Shown: positions 28,866 through 41,393 of the stretch, piece after piece
Position numbering within the stretch: position 1 is the first letter of the stretch
Layout: each line of letters starts with the position of its first letter
Assembly: GCA_951406725.2 (NCBI GenBank)
Contig: OX597815.1
Coordinates: 74,958,001 to 75,022,000, forward strand
Length of the DNA: 64,000 nt
Origin: Octopus vulgaris
Taxonomy: Eukaryota
Direction: 5' to 3'
Made by a program: the position numbers and the translations under genes
Notes under the pieces: model-generated
Seen by the model: only the letters and a program-made list of their open reading frames with translations
Databases searched by the model: none
What the model was told of the DNA's origin: nothing

Positions 28866-28999
28866 CTTGACATAAACTCCTCTTATCTTCTATATAAATA
28901 ATGCATCTTTTTCAATTGCAAGAACTAAAAGTCAGAGGGGGAAGGGATAAACTACCTGTATCAACTTGCTATAAAAGCAGGTAATAATTTTACCTTGTC

Positions 29000-29290
29000 C
29001 TTATTCTTAGTGCAAGTTTTGAAGAGTGCAGTTCGATTTTAACAGTTATTTTTTCAAAGACATAATGGAAGTGACAAAGGGGCATATTTGGCATATTTTA
29101 CTTTATGAGTTCAATAAAGGCAATAACACAACAGAAAATGCAAGGAATATTAATGCAGTATATAGGGGTCAGACAATAAGCATAAGCCAGTGTCAGTGGT
29201 GATTCCAGAAATTCCGAGCTGGAAACTACAGCCTAGAAGATGAGCCTCATCCTGGAAGATCTGTGGAGCTCAATGAGGACATCCTGCAAA
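29000..29290 (+). mobile_element. mariner transposase 5' fragment (Mos1-like HTH)
   Basis: From 29065: MEVTKGHIWHILLYEFNKGNNTTENARNINAVY...W*FQKFRAGNYSLEDEPHPGRS. Confidence 0.75.
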
Positions 29291-29629
29291 TCATGTGATA
29301 GTTTGAAATGAAAGTGTCCATCATACAAGCAGTATCCTTCATTCCCAATCTTCTATGAAGACGTCTAGTTATGGGGAAATATTACCTTATTTGGAAACAG
29401 GTGAGGCTTGATAACAGGAATGACATCAGGCTGTAGAAAATTTATCTCAAGAAAAAATCTATCTGACCCATAGAAAAGTGGATGTTGATGATGATAATTC
29501 ACTATGCTTGTGCAGACAACTTGTGTTATCCATTACAAAACTTATTCTCTGGAATTTTTCAGAGATGTTTGTAAGGACTTAGATTGGTCTGATAAAACTA
29601 GGATGACAATTATTTGATAAACAAATACA

Positions 29630-31585
29630 TCATCATCATCATCATCATTTAGCGTCCGTTTTCCATGGGTTGGACGGTTCAACTGGGGTCTGGGGAGCCC
29701 GAAGGCTGCACCAGGCCAGTCAGATCTGGCAGTGTTTCTACAGCTGGATGCCCTTCCTAACGCCAACCACTCCGAGAGTGTAGTGGGTGATTTTATGTGC
29801 CACCGACACAGGTGCCAGACGAGGCTGGCGAACGGCCACGCTCGGATTGGTGTTTTTATGTGCCACCGACACAGGTGCCAGACGAGGCTGGCAGACGGCC
29901 ACGCTCGGATGGTGTTTTTATGTGCCACCGACACAGGTGCCAGATGAGGCTGGCGGACGGCCACGATCGGATGGTGTTTGTTACGTCCCCAAAGCACGGA
30001 GGCCAGTCTATGCGGTACTGGCTACGGCCACGTTCGGATGATTTTCTTGTGTGCCACCGGCACTGGTACCACAAAGATACAAATTCCATTGATGTTCATC
30101 TATTTTGATTTGTTTTGATTTGATTTGATTTTCACTTGCCTCAACAGGTCTTCACAAGTGTCACAAGAAGGAAGGTATGCACAGGTGGACTGACTACGTC
30201 CCAGGTAGGGGCCACGGGTTATGGCCTGACTAGTCTTGCCGGGTCTTCGGATGGTGTTTTTATGTGCCACCGACACAGGTGCCAGATGAGGCTGGCAAAC
30301 GGCCACGATCGGATGGTGTTTGTTGCGTGCCCACAGCACGGAGGCCAGTCGATGCGGTACTGGCTACGGCCACGTTCGGATGGTTTTCTTGTGTGCCACC
30401 GGCACTGGTACCACAAAGATACAAATTCCATTGATGTTCATCTATTTTGATTTGATTTGATTTGATTTTCACTTGCCTCAACAGGTCTTCACAGGTCTTC
30501 ACAAGTGTCACAAGAAGGAAGGAAGGTATGCACAGGTGGACTGACTACGTCCCAAGTAGGGGCCACGGGTTATGGCCTGACTAGTCTTGCCGGGTCTTCG
30601 GTTGGTGTTTTTATGTGCCACCGACACAGGTGCCAGATGAGGCTGGCGGACGGCCACGATCGGATGGTGTTTGTTATGTGCCCACATCACAGAGGCCAGT
30701 CGATGTGGTACTGGCTACGGCCACGTTCGGATGGTTTTCTTGTGTGCCACCGGTACTGGTACCACAAAGATACAAATTCCATTGATGTTCATCTATTTTG
30801 ATTTGGTTTGATTTGATTTGATTTGATTTTGATTTTTGATTTTTGATTTTCACTTGCCTCAACAGGTCTACACAAGTGTCACACACTTGCCTCAACAGGT
30901 CTTCACAAGTGTCATAAGTAGGAAGGTATGCACAGGTGGACTGACTACGTCGCCGGGTCTTCGGATGGTGTTTTTATGTGCCACCGACACAGGTGCCAGA
31001 TGAGGCTGGCGAACGGCCACGATCGGATGGTTTTCTTGTGTGCCACCGGTACTGGAACCACAAAGATACAAATTCCATTGATGTTCATCTATTTTGATTT
31101 GGTTTGATTTTGATTTTCACTTGCCTCAACAGGTCTTCACAAGTGTCACACGTGTCACACACTTGCCTCAACAGGTCTCCACAAGTGTCACACACTTGCC
31201 TCTGCCTCAACAGGTCTTCACAAAGTGTCACACACTTGCCTCTGCCTCAACAGGTCTTCACAAGTGTCACACACTTGCCTCAACAGGTCTTCACAAGTGT
31301 CATAAGAGGGAAGGTATGCACAGGTGGACTGACTACGTCGCCGGGTCTTCGGATGGTGTTTTTATGTGCCACCTACACAGGTGCCAGATGAGGCTGGCGA
31401 ACGGCCACGATCAGATGGTGTTTGTTGTGCCCACAGCACGGAGGCCAGTCGATGCGGTACTGGCTACGGCCACGTTCGGATGGTTTTCTTGTGTGCCACC
31501 GGTACTGGAACCACAAAGATACAAATTCCATTGATGTTCATCTATTTTGATTTGGTTTGATTTGATTTTCACTTGCCTCAACAGG
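29630..31585 (-). repeat. Hierarchical tandem array derived from an RTE LINE 3'UTR
   Basis: One (CAT)n tail at the left end, ~60-nt GC-rich subrepeats, ~5 higher-order units of ~340-390 nt, and short CACTTGCCTCAACAGGTCTTCACAAGTGTCA repeats at 31120-31300. Same modules as the 3'UTR of the RTE at 39070-39885. Confidence 0.85.
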
Positions 31586-31951
31586 TACACTGTATGATAA
31601 AATTGTGAAGGGGAGATTTGCTATAAGAAGAGGATGTGGTACAAGAAGCCTTGAAGCAGAGTCATAATCTAATGAAATCAACTCTGATGAGAAAATTTCT
31701 CAGCTAATCAGAATACATTTCAGTCATACTGCTACATATACACTTGTGCACGCGCACACAGGCACACACACGCACACACACACACTCTCTCTCTCTCTCA
31801 TTCACTCACACACTTATTCACACTCATAAGTCAGAATGAGGAAGTGAATATTCTTTTCTATTCTAGGCACAAGGCATGAAATTTTTGGGGGAGGGGGGCC
31901 AGTCAATTAGGTCGACCCCAGTACACAACCAGTACTTAATTCATTTGGTAG

Positions 31952-32389
31952 AAACTTATTCACTAGAATTTTTCAGAGGTACTTATAAGGACTTTGACTG
32001 ATCTGATAAAACTAGGATGACAATTATTTAATAAATAAACACACTGTGTGAGTAAAATGTGAAAGGGAGATCTGCTATAAGAGGAGGATGTGGGACGAGA
32101 AATCCTGAAGCAGAGTCATAACCTATGATGAGAAAATTACTCAGCTAATCCGAATACATTTCAGTCATACTGCTACATATATACTTGTGTGTGCAGACAG
32201 ATAGACACACACACATTCTCTCTGTCACTTTCTCTCGCTCTCTCTCTCTCTCTCACATACTTATTCACGCTCATACACCAGACTAAAGAAATGAATATTC
32301 TTTTCTACTCTAGGCACAAGGCCCGGAATTTTGGGGGAGGGGGGGCCAGTCGATTAGATCGACCTCAGTACACAACTGGTACTTAATTT
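31952..32389 (+). repeat. Second copy of a local ~430-bp tandem duplication (first copy 29538-29629 + 31586-31941)
   Basis: Colinear shared text, e.g. TCTGATAAAACTAGGATGACAATTATTT, GAATACATTTCAGTCATACTGCTACATATA, CTAGGCACAAGGC. Confidence 0.85.
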
Positions 32390-32784
32390 ATCGACCCAAA
32401 AAATGATGTAAGGCAAAGTTGACCATGGCGGAATTTGAACTCAGAATGTAAGGACAGGTGAAATACTGCTAACGTTTCTGCCAGCTTGCTGCCTTGAGGA
32501 AATGAATATTAAAATATTATTAGATCATTTGCGAAATACAAGGAAGCCTATTACTTTAATGACTTCTATTAAGATACTATCTTTTGATCAGAAGATTAAT
32601 GTTGCTCTTATTGACTTAAAAGGAAGGAGGAAGGCAATTTATAAATAAATAAAGAGCTGAGATCTAAGCCATAAATATATTCTTTAGTCTTGACCTAATG
32701 TACCCCAATAATTTTAAATGATTTGTATGTAGCCATGTTTATTATGCCCACTGACTATTATTGATTTGTTTTCTGTATATGTAG

Positions 32785-32860
32785 GTAAATCCTGATTATA
32801 AAGGAACATTTGTATTCCAAAATGATTTTCCTGCTTTGTTAACTGAAGGTCCTGAACCAG
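32785..32860 (+). CDS. GALT: GALT coding exon 3 (VNPDYKGTFVFQNDFPALLTEGPEP)
   Basis: TAG acceptor, GTAAAT donor; 76 nt as human exon 3; NDFPAL motif. Missed by the ORF track. Confidence 0.96.
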
Positions 32861-33271
32861 GTAAATTAGTCTACAATTTTTGCTTATTGTATTCAGTGGA
32901 ATATATGACATGTGTTTCCATAAAAATGCCTCAAAAAAAATCACCTCAAGTCGTATCTGTGAAGTTGGGCCTTTCATAAGCTACTTTTGTCCCTGACACT
33001 CTTTTTCTTGAATATGTGCTGCTGAAATTGGGTTGCATCTAATATGTCCATGCATCTTTTATGCCATAAAACATGGTCATTTCATTTGAAATGTCAAAGC
33101 TTTGCATTTATAAATAAAGATTTTGGGTTTGGTCTTTATCTAATTCTACAAGAATTTTTATCAACATTCTTCACCCTCCTCATATAAGTTTTGTGGCAGA
33201 TTAAGTAGACTGTTTTCCTTACCACTGTTGTCATTTTGTGATGAACATGAGAAATACTTGGTTTGTTTGTG

Positions 33272-33480
33272 TGAAGGGGTGCTGAAAAGTTCCTAGCTTT
33301 AAGGGTATCACAAAAAGCCTGTTTGGAGGCCTGACCTTCCAAGTTCTTTTACAGGGCTTAGAAAAAAATGAAGGACCACTGCAATAAGTGTATGAATCTG
33401 AGAGGGGAATATGTTGAATAAAAACATAATTTTCCTGTATTTTCTTTTACCCAAAACCAGGAACTTTTCAGTACCCTCTT
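33272..33480. mobile_element. mariner-type MITE
   Basis: GAAGGGGTGCTGAAAAGTTCCT ... AGGAACTTTTCAGTACCCTCTTA inverted ends. Confidence 0.7.
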
Positions 33481-34518
33481 ATATATCATTTAGCTGGTAA
33501 CAAGTACCCCTATGTACATTATGAATGAAAGGCATCCTGCTGCAAAAATAGTTGCTTCAAAAATTTGGCAAAATCACTATACTTGCATGAAAAATGGATT
33601 TATTAGTATTACATTTTTGAAACTTCACTATTACTGACCACACTTTATTTATCCGTTTTGTTACATATTTCTGTCAAAATGCACTGCCTTTGTTTCAGTT
33701 AATTTTTTTAAATAATGAAGAATTTAGTAAAATTACCTTGTCAATACCTACTTCTTGTTTGGAACATAAACTAACATGAAATATTTCATGTAAGATTTTA
33801 ATTTAGATCACTTTAAAACAGGAAGATTGTATCATACAAGCAGGGCCAGTCTCAGGTGAGCTGGTATCAAAAGGGTTAGATATAATGACATTCTTTCGGA
33901 AAGGTTTCAATATGGATCACTTTAAAACAGGAAGATTGTGATATAATAGAAACAAGTACAGTCTCGGGTGAGTTGGTATGAAAAGGGTTAAGTATAAAGA
34001 ACAATTACAATGCACATATTGAATGAAATAAGTTATGCTTGTATTTGTGCTTAAGTGTAGACAATATGTGCATAGAGAAGCCTGATGGGCTGAAGCTGGA
34101 AACTTGTGATTGATATTACTTCAAGTATTTCATCATCTTCCAGTAACATACATGTCTCAATGAAACTAGTTGAAATATAAATGCATCATCATCATCATTT
34201 TCACATCTACTTTTTTCTATGCTTGCAAGGGTCAGATGAGAGTATGTTGGAGCAAAGGTTTCTATGACTGGATGCTCTTCCTGTCATCACCCTCCACTTA
34301 TTTCCAACTAAGTTAATAATCTCCCAGTCTAGACAAACAGTCTAGACATTTATTTGGAGAATTGGAAACAAACAACAGATAAGCAAGCCTTTTTGTTTTT
34401 GAAAGATCTCACAATATGTCAAGATGTGATAGGAAGCTCAGATTTGCTTTCATGGTGGACTGTGAGTGAATGACACCACTAGTGAAGCCATTGTTGATAA
34501 TTAGTGAACGAATACATG

Positions 34519-34950
34519 GGATCTTTTTGGTTTGAACGGCAGTTTTTAACATAATTTCTAGGTAGCTAAAAAAATTAAACTTCATATACTGGTAGAATGT
34601 GTTTATAAAACATCTTTTTCTCTTGGCTTTATTGAGAAAATTCTATAGTTTGTAAGATATTTGTTGTTTTTTGTCTTCAATTTTTTTCTTCTATTGAGGT
34701 AAAAAAAACATTCTGTGCCGTATGAATATGTCCCTTGTTTAAGAAACAGATTGGGTTTATTTACATTTGTGAAGAAAAAAAAGATACCATTCCCCCCACC
34801 CCTAACCCTAACCCTAACCCTTACTAACCCTAACTAACTCTAACCTTAAAACAGATTGAAATGCAATAGACCGATACTAGGGTCATAATTATGGATGACA
34901 ATTTCATATGACACTGCTAGAAAAAACTGCCGTTCAAACCGAAAAGATCC
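34519..34950. mobile_element. Merlin-like MITE carrying (CCCTAA)n telomeric repeats
   Basis: 29-bp TIR GGATCTTTT(T/C)GGTTTGAACGGCAGTTTTT; 8-bp TSD AATACATG (34511-34518, 34951-34958); CCCTAA units at ~34798-34848. GG termini plus an 8-bp TSD fit Merlin. Confidence 0.8.
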
Positions 34951-35899
34951 AATACATGTAGACAAGGAAATACCAACTCACTCACATTTGTTCATTCAGT
35001 GTATACACATTATCATCATTTTCATAGTAGAAGGCACTTGCCCATAGTACCATGCAATGGGACTGGAATCTACAAAATCTTACTATGGTTGAAATAAGAA
35101 TGTAAATACATTCTATCTGGCACCATTGTAGATAGTTTAGTTTGCATAGTTGTGCTTTTTATGGTTCATCATTAACTAAATAAAATTTTATGCCCCACAC
35201 AGCATAAATCTGAAAAAAAAAATTCGAATACATTTAGATATTACAAAATCTAATTTATGACTGCCTTACATAGTTTCTGAATGCTTTATGTGTGACATGT
35301 CTGAGGAGTATTAAACAAACCATAAAATGGTCCATCAGGACACTCCTTCCCTCTTTATCTGTACAGTAGTAGCATAGACGTGAAGGAGTGTGGTCTAGTG
35401 GTTAGAATATTTGGCTCATGATCATAATGATGTAGGTTCAATCCAGGGCTGGGAAATGCATTGTGTCCTTGAGCAAGGCACTTAATTTCATGTTGCTCTA
35501 TTTGATGGAAAGGAGTATCAGCTGAGTGTTGGTACAGCTTTTTCTCCCTCCAACTATCACATCCAGCATGTATCACTGGGTCAAAGGATGGGAGAGTCAA
35601 GAGTGTGTCTCTATGTCTGCTTGCAACTGCATAAACACTTAAAACAGTTAGCAAAAGCATGGTAGCCATTATTCTTTGCAGTTGACAGCTGGCTTTAAAA
35701 TAGAAAGTATGTGTTTAGATTCTTATTTAACCCACAGAAAAGCTTTGTAATATATGTGTGTGTGTGTGTGTGTACACACACACATCTAGCAATAGAAACC
35801 TGTTAAGGCTCACTGCAGTCTCTGGCTTGTTGTACCTTGTTGAACTTTCCATCCACTACCAGCCTGCTAGATGAACATTAAGTAATGATGATGATATGG

Positions 35900-36645
35900 A
35901 GATAAGATGTAAGAACTGACATATTTCTTTTGGTGGCGAGGTCATTATCATCGTAAGGAAAAATATAGATTATTTGTTCATTCATTTACATCTGAGAGAA
36001 GAAATTTCAAGTATAGAATCAAGGGGCCTTAGAGTTAATTAAGCAAAGACCAAAGTACTAGTAAGCAGGAAAGCAAACAAATTACTAATCTCTTCAGGGA
36101 AATGGCCTTGCTCAGTATGTAGAAATGGTTTCGGTAGAAATTCCATAAAGTGTACTCAGTGTAAGCATAAGAGGGGTAGTGGAATCAGAGGACGGTTAAC
36201 AGTGTGTGGCAGATGTGCAGGAGCAATAATTACTTAACAGTCACTGTAAATAGATTTCCTCAACTGCTCTGTAGGATCTTTAGAGGTAGTAGACAGTTTC
36301 TCTTACCTAGGTGGCCAAATTAGCAGTGGAGGAAGATGCTCTGAAAGTGTAGTTGTAATCTGGGCAAAGTTCAGACCTCACTCCTTCACCTTTGTTGGTA
36401 ACAAAGACCCTCCTCCTCAGAATGAAAAATGGATTATATGCCTATGTATGAACAGTTATCCTACATTGTAGTGAAATGAGCTGTGAATGCTGAAAATATG
36501 TGATAGCTGATCTCTGAATGGGGGGGAACCTGTGGAGGAGGACAAAATAGTGTAAAATGATCTTCAGATGTTGAGTCTCACAGAAGAGATGACGAAGGAC
36601 CAAGACAATTGGCAATTTGCTGTGATGAAGAAAACCTGTCAAGTT
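35900..36645 (+). mobile_element. Decayed RTE LINE fragment
   Basis: GLRVN*AKTKVLV...KWPCSVCRNG.G.NSIKC..C...VDSFSYLGGQISSGG, then LVTK..LRMK; internally deleted. Confidence 0.7.
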
Positions 36646-37692
36646 AAATAAAACCTCTCCCCACAACTAGCACCTCCACATCTCCCCACCTGAGTTCACC
36701 ACTTGTATTTCCTCCCCTTCTGTCTTCCAATCTCTCTTTGCACCCTTGGAAACCTACTTATACACAATGTGTCCATGTTAAATGTCTTCCCAACAACAGA
36801 TTCTCCTAATACCTCTCCTTCTGTTTGTGTCCACTCACTCCATTCCTCCCTCCCCTGTATCTACCACCCTTTCCACTGTCTTGCGAACTTACCCACCTTA
36901 TACAATCCTTGGTGCACTTTACTATATATATCTCTTTGTAACTTAGGTGTATGCCTTATAACATCTTCACCATCTTACCACCCTCTTTTCTCTCTCTACA
37001 ACTGAGGTAGCTGTGTATCTCCTCTACTGCAGTACACCTATTTCTGTATCTTTAGTCAGGCTTTTGTGACTTGATTTGAAAATAACTGTTTTGGCACAAT
37101 TGGATATCTGAAAGAGAGAATGATAGAGATCTTGGAAACATTGTCCACTGGTTACATGTTTTATAAGCAGTTTGGTTACTGTTTGTATAACAGTACTTTT
37201 ATATGTTTCCTATTTGGAAATAGATAATAAATATATTTTACTTTTGAAGTAGGAATATATATTGATAAACACGTCACTTATAACTTACTTGTAAGTGTTA
37301 TCATTATACATAAATCCTGACTCCAGCTACATAAATGCCATAGTGAGAAATATATACATTTTATGTGCACATATATATTGAAGATAAATAAATTCATGTC
37401 CTTTTAACCACTATAAAAAAAATACACAGTTTCATAATTGCAGAAATAAATTTCATTAACAAGTTGAAGAATGTATAGAAAGAGAAAATAATTACTACAT
37501 TAGTTTATTTATGTACACTTAACATTTATAGTACAATTGGAAAATAAAGTCATTTTGTCGTAGAGAGTTACGACTTAAAAATTCACACTCGCTAATCCTT
37601 CAGACTAACTACTAGAGTTCGCAACAATTCAAATAAGTCTTGTTGGATTTAAGTCAGACATGGCATAAAAAATAGCCAATATCTCAAGGAGT

Positions 37693-37810
37693 GAGTGTCG
37701 TGGAGTTTAGTAACATCCAATGATCGCTGTTGTTAGTGTTGTGGAGTTTAGTAACATCCTACGATCACTATTGTGAGTGTCGTGGAGTTTAGTAACATCC
37801 TGCGATCACT
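37693..37810. repeat. 41-bp minisatellite, ~3 copies
   Basis: AGTGT(C/T)GTGGAGTTTAGTAACATCC...GATC repeated three times. Confidence 0.85.
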
Positions 37811-39069
37811 AAATAATTGCCCAAAAATCAGGTTTTTTATAATTGCTCATATCCAAATTCTAAGAACCGTATTTCGTGAAAGATTTCTTTGACAAAACTT
37901 TAGAATTCGTATATGGGCAGTATTTTTAACCAATGGGATTACCAACACTTATGGTTGTTCAGGCAAACGACCATTACATCATATTGCTGCCTTTTATGAC
38001 TTGCTACACACGATTTGTATTTGTTAACAATACAAAAACAGTGGAAGCAACATTGCACTAATCTTTCCTGTGCATGAATCTCACAAATAAAGCTTTCAAA
38101 ACTTGCAAAAATTGGTCCTCATATTTTTATAATCTCTTATGAAGTCCTCAGCTACATATCATTGACTAAAATTACCCATATTTACCTCAAACATACCAGT
38201 ATATCCAGTTCTTGCCTAGAAAATTGGCTCTTTGGGATTCTCTTCCTGCTTATATCTTTCTCAAAGGTGTTTCACTTACAATAGTCCCAGAAGAAGATTA
38301 ATGGCACCAGTCTCATAGTCTTGGATGGCCTGCAAAGGTCATGGATGGCCACTGCCACTTCTTCCAGATCCATTAATTAAAAAAGAAAAGGTGACAAATC
38401 CTGATCAACTGTTTATTTACTTTAAAACAAAGAACCACATTGGAGGATTGCTCACACATCTGGAACAGTTCCTGCTACACAATACACACATAGATTCTAG
38501 ATTACATCCAAAAGGAAGGTTATAAAGTTTATTAGTAAAAGCTGATTAATCAATATATTACAACTATAAAGCAACATGTGTACTGTGTTTTTTTTTCTCT
38601 CTCTGCCACGTCTGCAGCTATATCAATGACATCAGCAACTTTTAACAAGCAAGCTGTTTACTCACTTTATCCAAGCCTGTTCCTTGTAGAGAGATGGGCC
38701 AAAAAAGACTTAGAAGAAAGAGTTTCAATGACAATTTTATGTGTTTACACCTTTATTCTGGTTCCCACCATCCTCTTTTCTATAATGTGAGTAGCCTTGT
38801 AGCTCCTCTATGTCAAGAACATGGTTCTGGTCTAGCTCCTTACTCTCATACTTTAACTACTCATCTCCTAGCCTTGTATAAAGCTGCCTCCCTCTCTACT
38901 GTAGTTCCACTTAGTCAAAGGGGATGTTAGTCCTGAAAAGTTGCATAGCAACCTCACTGAAAGAAGCACCCAGTGTACTCTGTAAAGTGGTTGGTGTTAA
39001 GAAGGGCATCCAGCTGTAGAAACCATGTCAAAGCAAACTTTAAAAAAAACATATGTATATATATATATA

Positions 39070-39885
39070 CATCATCATCATCGTTTAACGTCCGCTTTCC
39101 ATGTTAGCATCGGTTGGACTGTTCAACTGGGGTCTGGGAAGCCAGGAGGCTATGCCAGGCCCAGTGTGATTTGGCAGTGTTTCTACAGCTGGATGCCCTT
39201 CCTAACGCCAACCACTCCGTGAGTGTAGTGGGTGCTTTTTACGTGCCAGATGAGGCTGGCAACAGCCACGATTGCTTGGTGCTTTTTATGTGCCACCGCC
39301 ACGGAGGCCAGTTGGGGTGGCGCTGGCAATGGCCACGTTCAGATGGTTTTCTCTTATGTGCCACCAGCACTGGTATCATAACTACAATTCCATTGATTTT
39401 GATCGATTTCAATTTCACTTGCCTCAACAGGTCTTTGCAAGTAGTTTTGTGTCCCAAGAAGGAAAGGTATGCATAAGTGGACTGGCTACATCCCATGTAG
39501 AAGCCACGGGTTATGGTCTCACTTGTCCTGCCGGGTCTTCTCACGCACAGCATACTTCCAAAGGTCTCGGTCACTAGTCATTGCCTCAGTGAGACCTAAT
39601 GTTCGAAGGTCGTGCTTCACCTCGTCCCAGGTTTTCCTGGGTCTACCTCTTCCACAGGTTCCCTCAACCGCTAGGGTGTGGCACTTTTTCATACAACTAT
39701 CTTCATCCATTCTCGCCACATGACCATACCAGCGCAAATGTCTCTCTTGCACACCATAACTGATGCTTCTTAGGTTCAACTTTTCTCTCAAGGTACTTAC
39801 ACTTTGTCGAGTATGAACACTGACATTACACATCCATCGGAGCATACTGGCTTCATTCCTTGCGAGCTTACGCATATCCTCAGCA
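39070..39885 (-). mobile_element. 5'-truncated RTE LINE (RT C-terminus, 3'UTR, (GAT)n)
   Basis: ORF 39519-39875: RNEASMLRWMCNV...LRWYGHVARM...GRGRPRKTW; contiguous 3'UTR modules and tail. Confidence 0.85.
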
Positions 39886-41214
39886 ACCTTAACACTAATA
39901 ATAATAATAATAGTTTATCTTATTCCCAAGAGACAGACCAATCCTTGAAAGGAGATATTTGAATGTTACTACATACATGATTAATTTTGCTTCCACATAA
40001 TCATAGTATGAAAAGATAGACAGATGGACTTAATGAATGCCAAGATGTCACTGAATTGGTCCCTACATCTTTCCTCTCAGAGTGTGGAGTTTTCTAAGAT
40101 TTGTTATCCACTCAAAGAATAATACAAAACTGATTTATTTACCTTCCTACGAAAGACTTACAAACTGAACATTTAGATAGATATTCTGTCAGTCAGCTGC
40201 TTATCTCAGTAACATAAAATTCAAGACAAGAAATCAATAGTATATATTGATTTTGTTTTGTAAAGAAGTAATACAGAAATGAAACTAACTGAAGTTTGTG
40301 GTATTTAGGAAGTAATTTAGTTTTTTTTAATTTCTGAGAATTTCAGTAAATTTTTGCGCAATTTATTTAAAAAAAAGATAATTCTCAACAATTGTTTTAT
40401 TGTTTTAATATTCTTGTCCCTCATTGAATCTCTCCAAAAGTTAGTTATCTGATAAAATAATAACTTTTGTTGATTATGTTAATACCACGGACATTAGAGT
40501 ACTATAAAACAAAGACAGTAAAATTGCGGCAATTATGTGTATGTGCATATGTGTGCCTGTGTTTGGAATGTTAAACCTTTGCTCCTCTTTTGTTAAGGAA
40601 TGGTTTTGGGAATCATGTCAAAGAAGACATTGGTGCATGATGAAGTCCCTGTCAAATTGTGCAACCCATGGAAGCATGACGTTAATGATGATAATTCTAT
40701 CTGGTATTGTAAAGACTCATTACCAATGAGAATGTAAAAGTTGATATCTTGCTTGGACATCATTTTCCAGGTAGAGACCAGAAGTTGGCTTAATGATTTA
40801 ACATAAACCTTTTTTTTAGAATCCATAATGAGAGCAATTATTGTATTTACTTTGGAACATCACCATTTTTTCCCATTGCAAAGGATCAGTGCATTGAATA
40901 TATCTTCAAATTTATTTTTAGTGTTTATTTTAGCAACCTCAGTGTGATTTGAACTTACACAATTGTGTAACAAATTATATAAAATAAAGCATCTAATTCA
41001 GCCCACTGCTATTTTAGCAATCATAGTTGTCATGTGAGAAATTATTTGTTTTTTCAAGTCACTAATAGATGTTTTCATATAAATGTATCTTTATGACTCG
41101 CATCAGTTTTATTTCTTATTATTTATATATTTCTTTAATTTATTTCTTTTGTTTCATTAAATTTTCCCTGCTGAAGTCCATTTATTCTCTTGCTCCTTTT
41201 CATCTGTATTTCAG

Positions 41215-41393
41215 AAACAAGTGATGACCCTTTGCTTCAAATGAAAGCAGCAAAAGGTACATGTAAAGTAATGTGTTTTCACCCTTGGTCAGACCTGACT
41301 CTGCCATTGTTTGAACATGATGAAATTGTGGCTGTCATTGAAGAATGGGTTCGACTGATGATTGAACTGGGACAGAAGTTTGAATGGGTACAA
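41215..41393 (+). CDS. GALT: GALT coding exon 4 (ETSDDPLLQMKAAKGTCKVMCFHPWSDLTLP...KFEWVQ), equivalent to human exons 4+5
   Basis: TTTCAG acceptor, GTTAGT donor; 179 nt = 49+130; CKVMCFHPWSD.TLP motif. Confidence 0.96.

Noticed and set aside
29790-31585. CRISPR-like appearance of repeated GC-rich blocks
   Set aside because: The intervening sequences are themselves repeated rather than unique spacers, there are no cas genes, the context is a eukaryotic intron, and the modules match a LINE 3'UTR.
31684-31705. CTGATGAGAAAATTTCTCAG as a hammerhead core
   Set aside because: No GAAA after the stem, and the duplicate copy at ~32125 does not keep the motif.
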